DNA of 64,000 bases from Patescibacteria group bacterium. Its GTDB lineage: Bacteria > Patescibacteriota > Microgenomatia > UBA8517. Position 1 is the first letter of the stretch. Each line of letters opens with the position of its first letter. Of this stretch, positions 28,856 through 36,529 are shown in pieces. The stretch covers positions 257,515 to 321,514 of the forward strand of contig JBBTZT010000003.1 of NCBI GenBank assembly GCA_038061225.1. Direction: 5' to 3'. The notes beneath the pieces are model-generated. The model saw only the letters and a program-made list of their open reading frames with translations. It was not told the DNA's origin and did no database searches. The position numbers were made by a program, and so were the translations under genes.

Positions 28856-28867
28856 GTTTTAATAATC

Positions 28868-30313
28868 ATGGATATTACAGATATCACTGGCTATACATTA
28901 AAAAATCTTAGCAAAATTAACATTGTTTTAGGGAAAAATGGTTGCGGTAAAAGCACACTGTTACGATCAGTTGAACAAGGTTTATCTTCGCAATCGCAGT
29001 CGTATGGAAAAACAAAATACATAACACCGGAAAGAGGAGGATCTCTTATTTATGAAGCTGGTATTGAACAGAGTTTAACAACCGATATAAATTGGCTTTC
29101 AGGTCAAAGGAGAAAAAATCAAGCTGTTGGTTTTAGACAACAAAGCGTAGCTCAGTATCGCAGACTTGAAACTTTGGTATTAAGAGAAATAGAAAAGGAA
29201 AAACGACAACAAAACGATTACACCTTCGACATTTATGTTAATAAAATCAACTCTTTGCTTGACAATATTGAAATAAAAAGACATGATATGACTTTCAAAA
29301 TATACCATAGAGGAACAATCAATGAATTAGGGGCAGAAGTAATCAGCAGTGGCGAAAGCGAACTGATTTCCTTGGGTATTGAATGTTTAATTTTTGGCAA
29401 AGAGTGTATTCCGGACAAAGAAAATATTTTATTTTTAGATGAGCCAGACGTACATTTACACCCAGATTTACAGGTTCGTTTAATGAATTTCCTAGAAGGT
29501 TTGGTTTCGGATAGTAACTTCAAAGTTTTAATTGCCACACACAGTACTGCTATTTTGGGAGCGTTGGAAACTTACACTGATACTCACTTGGCGTTTATGT
29601 CCTTTGAGCAGAAAGAGCTAAACTTTAGAGAAATTTCAGCAGTTTATAGAAAAGTTCTGCCCGTTTTTGGAGCACACCCCTTGTCTAATATTTTCAACGA
29701 AGCACCAATCTTACTTGTTGAAGGTGAGGATGACGAAAGAATTTGGCAACAAGCTGTCCGATCTTCTAATGGCACTATTAAATTATATCCCTGTTCTGTA
29801 GATAGTGTGAGTAATATAAACGATTTTGAACAGGAAGCAAAAGAGATTATTCAATCTGTTTATGACAAAGCCAAAGGTTATTCATTGAGAGATAAGGACA
29901 ATAACACTGAAGAAATCAATGATCTGCCGCCGATAATCAGAATGAGACTAGCATGCAGAAACTCGGAAAACCTTTTGCTTACGGACGAGGTACTTGGAGC
30001 ACTTAATATAACATGGGATCAACTTAAAGAGCGTATTGATATTTGGTTGAGTACCAATACACAACATCCTCACTTTTCGGTTATGAATGGGTTTAAGGAA
30101 GGCGGATACGATAGAAGAAACTTTGATATTAAAGAAGTGCGTAACGATTTAATGGGTGTTGTTGGAAGCGCAAAACCTTGGGAAGTTGTAGTGGGTCAAT
30201 CAATTTCAAGTCTGACTTGGGATGACAGTTCTAATTTTGAGGAAGATGGAAAAATTCTATCCTTTCTTGGACGAAAGATTACAGAAAATCTTATCCCTAA
30301 ATCGAGTAGATGA
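28868..30313 (+). CDS. OLD-family ATP-dependent endonuclease (AAA_21/ABC-type ATPase + TOPRIM)
   Basis: Walker A GKNGCGKSTLL; signature-like ISSGESEL; Walker B ILFLDEPDVHLHPD; TOPRIM-like ILLVEGEDDERIW with downstream acidic residues (VDSVSN). Confidence 0.75.
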   Translation: MDITDITGYTLKNLSKINIVLGKNGCGKSTLLRSVEQGLSSQSQSYGKTKYITPERGGSLIYEAGIEQSLTTDINWLSGQRRKNQAVGFRQQSVAQYRRLETLVLREIEKEKRQQNDYTFDIYVNKINSLLDNIEIKRHDMTFKIYHRGTINELGAEVISSGESELISLGIECLIFGKECIPDKENILFLDEPDVHLHPDLQVRLMNFLEGLVSDSNFKVLIATHSTAILGALETYTDTHLAFMSFEQKELNFREISAVYRKVLPVFGAHPLSNIFNEAPILLVEGEDDERIWQQAVRSSNGTIKLYPCSVDSVSNINDFEQEAKEIIQSVYDKAKGYSLRDKDNNTEEINDLPPIIRMRLACRNSENLLLTDEVLGALNITWDQLKERIDIWLSTNTQHPHFSVMNGFKEGGYDRRNFDIKEVRNDLMGVVGSAKPWEVVVGQSISSLTWDDSSNFEEDGKILSFLGRKITENLIPKSSR

Positions 30314-30358
30314 CATAAGGTTAAAGTAAAAGGGTTAAGGTTATTAACAAATTAGTAA

Positions 30359-31006
30359 ATGAATAACTTATTTATTTTCCAGTTACCTATAGATTTAGCC
30401 TCATCACTTACTGGAGGTGCTATTGGGTTAATATTAGCTTTTGGACTTTACCTTTTTGATAAGTCAATTAACCCCGACCTAGAAATACAGATAGCCGATC
30501 CGTCAAAACTATCATTGGCTCAAGGTGAATTTAAGTCTCTAAATTTAAAAATAATTAACAAAAAGAGAGACGGCATTTTACGATTTTTGAATAGATCAGC
30601 AACTCAAGTTAAGGTATTTCTTTACTTTTCAGACTTTTCTTCAAGAGTGCTTATGAATACAGTGATAGCTAGGTGGAACAATAGTCGAGAACCGCTAACT
30701 CCGGATTATAAAAATGTTGATCTTGGACTTGCTCTTACACACCCTAGAGAGGTTCTCGTACCTGGTGATGAAAATGAAATCTCTGTGGCTATTCGGAAAA
30801 AAGATAATAGATACTGCTTCCCTTTCAGCAACGAAAGCTACATATATCAAAGTAAAGACTTTGAGGTTCCTGGTTGGAAAATTGAAGATGATAAATTTGT
30901 CGTTACTGTGCGCATACAGTCAGCTGAAGTTGATAAAATGGGTGGCGTGTTTATTGTGCTAAATAAAAGTACATTAGAGCAGTTTAAGATCGAAAAAATA
31001 GGATAA
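30359..31006 (+). CDS. hypothetical membrane-anchored protein (single N-terminal TM)
   Basis: 215 aa; TM at about 17-33 (LTGGAIGLILAFGLYLF); no motif. Lies 45 bp downstream of the OLD-family gene. Confidence 0.4.
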   Translation: MNNLFIFQLPIDLASSLTGGAIGLILAFGLYLFDKSINPDLEIQIADPSKLSLAQGEFKSLNLKIINKKRDGILRFLNRSATQVKVFLYFSDFSSRVLMNTVIARWNNSREPLTPDYKNVDLGLALTHPREVLVPGDENEISVAIRKKDNRYCFPFSNESYIYQSKDFEVPGWKIEDDKFVVTVRIQSAEVDKMGGVFIVLNKSTLEQFKIEKIG

Positions 31007-31041
31007 TACTTTGGGATTATAAATTTTTGAATCATATTTAA

Positions 31042-31302
31042 ATGAAACGAATTGATGCATACGCACTCGCTAGATTTCTTATATTAGTTGCCTTGCTTAT
31101 TGGTGTCATCTATACGGGTTCTAAAATTGACACTCTTAGCAAGCGACTAGAAAGAATTGAGGCAAAACTTGGTGGTCCCGAAAAAATCGGTTGTAATGAG
31201 AAGGATTCTATCGAGAAAGTTCGCCAGTCTGTTGTCCGGATTGTAGGCGGAGAGGGCGAAGGTTCTGGTTTATCACCGTATGGAGCAGTGGACCGGATTT
31301 GA
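31042..31302 (+). CDS. small membrane protein; possible N-terminal remnant of a trypsin-like (HtrA-type) protease
   Basis: TM helix, then ...VRQSVVRIVGGEGEGSGL, resembling the start of an S1C protease domain. The ORF's last ~22 nt (including its stop codon) overlap the tRNA-Gly 3' end. Confidence 0.3.
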   Translation: MKRIDAYALARFLILVALLIGVIYTGSKIDTLSKRLERIEAKLGGPEKIGCNEKDSIEKVRQSVVRIVGGEGEGSGLSPYGAVDRI

Positions 31303-31355
31303 ACCGGCGACCTTCTGCTTGGGAAGCAGACATTCTACCGCTGAACTACCACTGC
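31281..31355 (-). tRNA. tRNA-Gly (anticodon CCC), CCA encoded
   Basis: The reverse complement reads GCAGTGGTAGTTCAGCGGTAGAATGTCTGCTTCCCAAGCAGAAGGTCGCCGGTTCAAATCCGGTCCACTGCTCCA. Confidence 0.85.
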
Positions 31356-31393
31356 GAATCTAGCAGCAGGGGATTTCAGAGGCCAAGCTTTGC

Positions 31394-31416
31394 TTATCGC
31401 TGAACTACCACTGCTG
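31394..31416. repeat. partial direct repeat of the tRNA-Gly 5' end (17 nt identical: GCAGTGGTAGTTCAGCG), about 40 bp upstream of the tRNA
   Basis: cgctgaactaccactgc occurs at 31339-31355 (in the tRNA) and again at 31397-31413. Confidence 0.6.
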
Positions 31417-31441
31417 GTAAATTCAGTTTAGTATATACCTC

Positions 31442-31885
31442 TTATCTAGGTAAAACCAATATATTTCCAGAGTGGATTATACTTGGGTTTAGCATGTTGT
31501 TTGCGTTTGCAATTTCTACCCATTTATAACCATCTCCATAAGCTCTAACAGCTATATCCCAAAGATTATCACCTTTAACAACTTCATATGTTGCTGTTGT
31601 TATGCTATCAACATTTGGAATAGTTAATTCTTGTCCTACTTCAATAATACTGGCATTGTCTAACTTGTTTTCAGTTGCAATTTCTACCCATTTAAACCCA
31701 TCACCATAATAAGTAACAGCAATGTTCCAAAGATTATCACCTTTAACAACTGTGTGAACTTTAGTTGAGATCTCAGTTGAATTTGAACCATTTAATAATT
31801 CTTGTGGAATTGTACCCCTGTCTGTTTTTAAGTATTTAACTACTAAAACACCAACAATAACTATGACAAAAAAACCTAAGACCAT
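31442..31885 (-). CDS. LysM domain protein (2 LysM repeats, N-terminal TM)
   Basis: Two copies of the pattern YxVVKGDNLWxIAVxxYGDGxKWVEIAxxN...I.xGxxLxxP. Confidence 0.8.
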   Translation of the reverse strand: MVLGFFVIVIVGVLVVKYLKTDRGTIPQELLNGSNSTEISTKVHTVVKGDNLWNIAVTYYGDGFKWVEIATENKLDNASIIEVGQELTIPNVDSITTATYEVVKGDNLWDIAVRAYGDGYKWVEIANANNMLNPSIIHSGNILVLPR

Positions 31886-32077
31886 GCTAATAGATGACTC
31901 ATTGAGTTTTATAGTTTTTAGAAGTTTTTTTAAGTTAAAATTTTTGATTGTTATTCACCACCCTTCGCTTTAAGCTTCGGAGTGGCAGGCCCCCTTACTT
32001 GACAACCGCAATTTATACCAGAAGCTAATTGAAGTCAAGAGGGTTTTAATGTAAAATTGACAAGTAAAGTTTTTGCT

Positions 32078-32154
32078 GGGGTCGTAGCTCAATTGGTTAG
32101 AGCGCTTCCCTGTCACGGAAGAGGTTGCGAGTTCGAGTCTCGTCGATCCCGCCA
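32078..32154 (+). tRNA. tRNA-Asp (anticodon GUC), CCA encoded
   Basis: GGGGTCGTAGCTCAATTGGTTAGAGCGCTTCCCTGTCACGGAAGAGGTTGCGAGTTCGAGTCTCGTCGATCCCGCCA. Confidence 0.85.
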
Positions 32155-32238
32155 AGAACTTTAGAAACAAAAAATTGTATTCCAGATAGTAGATCATCAG
32201 TGAAAAGATAAAATATCAGAAGGTGCAAAATTATCTTA

Positions 32239-32493
32239 TTGCATTTAACTTATGTTTATTTTATATTATTCATAATAATGTCAGAAGCAACTGCAAATAC
32301 AAATAAACTTACCGAGTCAGCACAGGATGAGGCTTTAAATAGACCGGTTATTGGCGCAACTCAAGATGGGAACAGACAAAAAAAGTTGAATGAGGAAATA
32401 GGTTTAAATCCTGATGTGATTAAAGCGAAAGAATTGTTAAATCAAGGTAAAATTAGTATTGAAGAATTTGAAAGATTAACAAAAAAGAAGTAA
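32239..32493 (+). CDS. small hypothetical protein with an SHOCT-like C-terminus
   Basis: C-terminal LLNQGKISIEEFERLTKKK resembles the short C-terminal SHOCT motif. Confidence 0.3.
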   Translation: MHLTYVYFILFIIMSEATANTNKLTESAQDEALNRPVIGATQDGNRQKKLNEEIGLNPDVIKAKELLNQGKISIEEFERLTKKK

Positions 32494-32504
32494 AGTTGAT
32501 TTAA

Positions 32505-34232
32505 ATGACTAATCTTCAAATTGCAGAGTTACTTAGAAATGTTGCAGCTAGTTATCAACACAAGCAAAGCTTGAAATCAGAATTTGAAAAAGACCCAAAC
32601 AAATACAGATTTCAAATTATTGCCTACAATCGTGCAGCTGACTCTGTTGAGCATGCAACTTCTGAACTTAAAGATCTTTGGGATGATGGAAAACTAGATG
32701 AAGTTCCCAGTATAGGAGTTTCAATTGCAAAACATTTGGATGAGATATTTATAACAGGAAAATCTACTCATTTTGAAAAAATAATGAAAGGAATTTCTAA
32801 TGAAGCATTTCGTTTAACAGCACTTTCAGGTGTAGGTTTAAAAACGGCTATGAAAATGCTTCAAGAACTTACAAAGAGCGAAATTAAACAAAAATTGATA
32901 GAAGCTGATAAATTAATTAATAAAGTCAAAAGACATTTACTTCCTTATGCTGAATCTGTAGCCTCTGAGGTCACAGAATGGCTTTCTAAGTGCCCTGAAA
33001 TAGAAAAGATAGATGTGCTCGGTTCTCTTCGCAGAAAAACAGCCACAGTAGGGGATATAGATATATTGGCTTCGCCAAAATTTTCAATTAACAATTTTCA
33101 ATTTTCAAGTAAACAAATAATAGAATATTTTATCAAATACCCCAAAGCTCAAAAAATTATTGAAGCTGGTGAGCATACGGCTTCAATTTTACTTCCTTCA
33201 AATGTTCAAGTTGATTTATTAGTTATGAATCCTGAAAGTTATGGATCAGCCCTACAACATTTTACAGGTAGTAAATTCCACAATATAGCTCTTCGTGAAC
33301 ATGCACTAAAAAATGGATTTTCTCTTTCAGAATATGGAATAAAAAGTGTAAAAAACGAAAAGACAAATATTAAATTTAAAACAGAACAGGAATTATATAA
33401 ATTTTTAAAAATGGATTACGTTGAACCTGAGTTACGTGAAGATACAGGAGAAATTGAAGCGGCGATAAATCAAAAGTTACCCAAACTAACAAAGTTAGAT
33501 GATATTAAAGCAGATTTACAAATTCATTCTGATTTTGATATTCAAACCTCACATGATTTAGGTATAGATTCGATGGAAAAAATAATTGAGAAGGGTAGAG
33601 AATTAGGTTATGAATATATAGCCTTTACAGAACATAACCCAAGTAAGAAAGGACATAATGAAAAACAAGTTGAAGAATTGCTAAAAAGAAAGCGTGAAAG
33701 AATTGACCAACTAAATTACTCGCGTGAAAAGAGAATACCTTTTGTATTCAATAGCCTCGAAATAGATATAAATAAAGATGGTAGTTTACCAATATCTGTG
33801 AAAGGTTTAGAAACATTAGATTTTGCACTTGTTTCCGTTCATTCTGTATTTGATCTCTCAAGAAATGAAATGACAAAAAGAGTACTTAATGCACTCTCCT
33901 ACCCCAAAGTTAAAATTTTTGCCCACCCAACTGCAAGAAAGATAAATGAAAGAGAAGGGGTTGAACTTGATTGGCCTAAAATTTTAAACCTCTGTCTGCA
34001 AAAGAATATATGGCTAGAAATTAATGCTGATCCAATGCGTTTAGATTTACCTGACGTATTAGTCCGTGATGCTGTGAAACGTGGTGTGAAATTAACATTA
34101 GGAACTGACACTCATGAAGTTTCTATGATGGATAATATGAAATATGGAGTTAATGTTGCAAGACGTGGTTGGTGTGAGAAAAAAGATATAATAAATACTT
34201 TAAACTTGAAAGAATTTAAAGAAATGATATGA
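32505..34232 (+). CDS. polX: DNA polymerase X family protein with a C-terminal PHP domain
   Basis: Pol-beta-like NT motif GSLRRKTATVGDIDILA; HhH regions; PHP HSDFDIQTSHD...FTEHN. Confidence 0.8.
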   Translation: MTNLQIAELLRNVAASYQHKQSLKSEFEKDPNKYRFQIIAYNRAADSVEHATSELKDLWDDGKLDEVPSIGVSIAKHLDEIFITGKSTHFEKIMKGISNEAFRLTALSGVGLKTAMKMLQELTKSEIKQKLIEADKLINKVKRHLLPYAESVASEVTEWLSKCPEIEKIDVLGSLRRKTATVGDIDILASPKFSINNFQFSSKQIIEYFIKYPKAQKIIEAGEHTASILLPSNVQVDLLVMNPESYGSALQHFTGSKFHNIALREHALKNGFSLSEYGIKSVKNEKTNIKFKTEQELYKFLKMDYVEPELREDTGEIEAAINQKLPKLTKLDDIKADLQIHSDFDIQTSHDLGIDSMEKIIEKGRELGYEYIAFTEHNPSKKGHNEKQVEELLKRKRERIDQLNYSREKRIPFVFNSLEIDINKDGSLPISVKGLETLDFALVSVHSVFDLSRNEMTKRVLNALSYPKVKIFAHPTARKINEREGVELDWPKILNLCLQKNIWLEINADPMRLDLPDVLVRDAVKRGVKLTLGTDTHEVSMMDNMKYGVNVARRGWCEKKDIINTLNLKEFKEMI

Positions 34233-34259
34233 TGAAAATTGAAAGAAGGTGATTAATAT

Positions 34260-34820
34260 ATGAATTTAACAATATTGTTATTAATAGTTTTAGTAGTACT
34301 TATAGGTTGGCTAATTTCTGTTTATAATTTTTTTGTATCAAGTAAAGCTAGAATTAAGGCTTCAATACAAGAAATAGGAAATCAACTAAAAAGACAGGCT
34401 GATTTAATCCCAAATCTTGAAAGTAGTGTTAAAGGATATTTAACTCACGAGAAAGGTATTCTTGAAATGTTATCAGAAGCTAGAAAATTGGTTGCTAAAG
34501 GACAAGATGCATCAAAACAGATTTCTGAGGTTTTATCAGGGCTTAAAATAATAGTTGAAAGTAATCCTGAACTCAAAGCAAATACAGTTGTTTCTGATTT
34601 AATGGGTGAACTTAGAGATACTGCAGACAAAGTAATGTATGCTACACGCCTTATGATTGATCTTACTGCAGACTATAATGTCAAAAGAGTTTCAGTTCCG
34701 TCAAACATTGTTGCAAACATGTTTAAGTTTGATGAACTTAAAGGACTTGAAACAGCTACAGAAGGTGAACATCTAAAAGTAAGCGCAGATGAAATGAAAT
34801 CAACTAAAATTAATCTTTGA
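34260..34820 (+). CDS. lemA: LemA family protein
   Basis: N-terminal TM plus the conserved LemA core (RIKASIQEIGNQLKRQADLIPNL...). Confidence 0.75.
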   Translation: MNLTILLLIVLVVLIGWLISVYNFFVSSKARIKASIQEIGNQLKRQADLIPNLESSVKGYLTHEKGILEMLSEARKLVAKGQDASKQISEVLSGLKIIVESNPELKANTVVSDLMGELRDTADKVMYATRLMIDLTADYNVKRVSVPSNIVANMFKFDELKGLETATEGEHLKVSADEMKSTKINL

Positions 34821-34863
34821 TTAATTTATGCACAGATAAATCTTTAAAAAGATATGTTATAAT

Positions 34864-35085
34864 TTGGGTATGTCAAAAACAGACTTGAAAGCTATGGTGT
34901 GGAAAGAAGAAAATTGGTTCGTGGCCAAAGCTCTTGGCCTGGAAGTTGCTAGTCAAGGTAAAACTAGAAAGGAGGCAATTAAAAATCTTCAAGAGGCAGT
35001 TGATTTGTTATTAGAAAATGAGGATTTAAAAATTCCAAACTATTTTGTACCAAATAATCCTCAAATAAGAGCCATATATGCCTAA
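34864..35085 (+). CDS. HicB-like antitoxin (UPF0150)
   Basis: WFVAKALGLEVASQGKTRKEAIKNLQEAVDLLLE resembles the HicB/UPF0150 fold. It overlaps the next gene by 8 nt. Confidence 0.55.
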   Translation: MGMSKTDLKAMVWKEENWFVAKALGLEVASQGKTRKEAIKNLQEAVDLLLENEDLKIPNYFVPNNPQIRAIYA

Positions 35086-35302
35086 ATTATATAATTCAAG
35101 AGAAACGGTGAAAGCATTTCAAAGAGCTAAATTCGTTAAAATAGTACAAAAAGGAAGTCATCTTAAAATGCGAGGGTTTTGGAATGGTAAAATTCAAACT
35201 ATAATTATTCCAATGCATAAACAAATTGCTTTTGGAACATTTCAAAGCATTTTAAACCAAGCCGGAATGTCAAAATTAGAATTTGAACAATTTTTAAAAT
35301 AA
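35078..35302 (+). CDS. HicA-like mRNA interferase toxin (YcfA family)
   Basis: KVVKAFQRAKFVKIVQKGSHLKM matches the HicA consensus (...GW...RQKGSH..F). Confidence 0.6.
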   Translation: MPKLYNSRETVKAFQRAKFVKIVQKGSHLKMRGFWNGKIQTIIIPMHKQIAFGTFQSILNQAGMSKLEFEQFLK

Positions 35303-35305
35303 ATT

Positions 35306-36238
35306 ATGCAAAATATATATGAGATTGGGCAAAGTAATAAGATTAAGAGTGGTTTAATAACTGCTTTGTTTTTCATATTCTCTGTTATTGCTATTTATTT
35401 TATATCTCAGGCTATTGGTTATTATAATGGCTATGAAACAGGTGGTTTAGGCTATGTTGGAATTGCATTAATATTTTCAGGAATTTCAACTTTTGTAAGT
35501 TATTATTATTCAGACAAAATAGTTTTAAAAATTTCTGGGGCTAGAGTTGCCAATTCTAAAGAAGATAGACTTTTTACTTCAGTTGCTGAAAATTTGTGTA
35601 TTGGTGCAGGTTTACCAAAGCCAAAATTATATGTTATAGAAGATTCTGCTCCAAACGCTTTTGCTACAGGACGAGATCCAGAACATGCAGTAATTTGTGC
35701 TACAACAGGACTTTTAGATAAATTAAGCCGTACAGAACTTGAAGGGGTTATTGCTCACGAATTAACACATATTAGAAATTATGATATTCGTTTAATGAGT
35801 ATAGTTTCTGTCATGGTCGGTTTAATAGCCCTTCTTGGTGATTGGTTCTTTAGAGTAAGAATGTTTGGAGGTGGAAATCGTCGAGACAATGATAATAATC
35901 AATTGGGTGCAATAATAATGATTGTCGGGATATTGTTTGCAATACTTTCTCCAATTATTGCAACGCTCATACAACTTGCAATTTCAAGGAGACGAGAATT
36001 TATGGCAGATGCTGGATCGGTTGAAATTACAAGACAACCGCAAGGATTAATAACAGCTTTAGAAAAAATATCAAAAGACACTGAACCACTTGAAGCTGCA
36101 AATAAAGCTACGGCTCATCTTTATATAGTAAACCCCTTTAAAGGTGGTATTAAAGGGTCTGTTAATACATTTGCAAATTTGTTTAATACTCACCCACCTC
36201 TAACGGAAAGAATTGCAACTCTTCAAAAAATGTCTTAA
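35306..36238 (+). CDS. htpX: zinc metalloprotease HtpX (M48 family)
   Basis: HELTHIRNYD (HExxH), four TM segments, and a C-terminal EF.AD motif. Confidence 0.8.
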   Translation: MQNIYEIGQSNKIKSGLITALFFIFSVIAIYFISQAIGYYNGYETGGLGYVGIALIFSGISTFVSYYYSDKIVLKISGARVANSKEDRLFTSVAENLCIGAGLPKPKLYVIEDSAPNAFATGRDPEHAVICATTGLLDKLSRTELEGVIAHELTHIRNYDIRLMSIVSVMVGLIALLGDWFFRVRMFGGGNRRDNDNNQLGAIIMIVGILFAILSPIIATLIQLAISRRREFMADAGSVEITRQPQGLITALEKISKDTEPLEAANKATAHLYIVNPFKGGIKGSVNTFANLFNTHPPLTERIATLQKMS

Positions 36239-36256
36239 CAATAGTATGATATTCAT

Positions 36257-36529
36257 ATGGCTAGATTAACTAAAAAGGATGTAATTCATGTTGCTGAGCT
36301 TTCAAATCTTAAACTCACAGACAGTGAGATAAAGAAATTTCTTCCACAATTAACTAAAATTGTGGAATTTGTAGGATCTTTAACTGAAGTTAATACAGAA
36401 AATATAGAACCCACAAGTCAAACAACAGGACTTACCAATGTGGTTCGTGAAGACAGAGTGATTAGTGAAAACATGTTGACACAAGAAGATTATTTTAAAG
36501 TTCCAGCAATTCTTACTGAACGAACATGA
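36257..36529 (+). CDS. gatC: Asp/Glu-tRNA amidotransferase subunit C
   Basis: 90 aa with the GatC pattern (VAELSNLKLTDSEIKKF...); located upstream of gatA. Confidence 0.8.
   Translation: MARLTKKDVIHVAELSNLKLTDSEIKKFLPQLTKIVEFVGSLTEVNTENIEPTSQTTGLTNVVREDRVISENMLTQEDYFKVPAILTERT

Noticed and set aside
31970-32197. 75-aa minus-strand ORF.
   Set aside because: It overlaps tRNA-Asp and is spurious.
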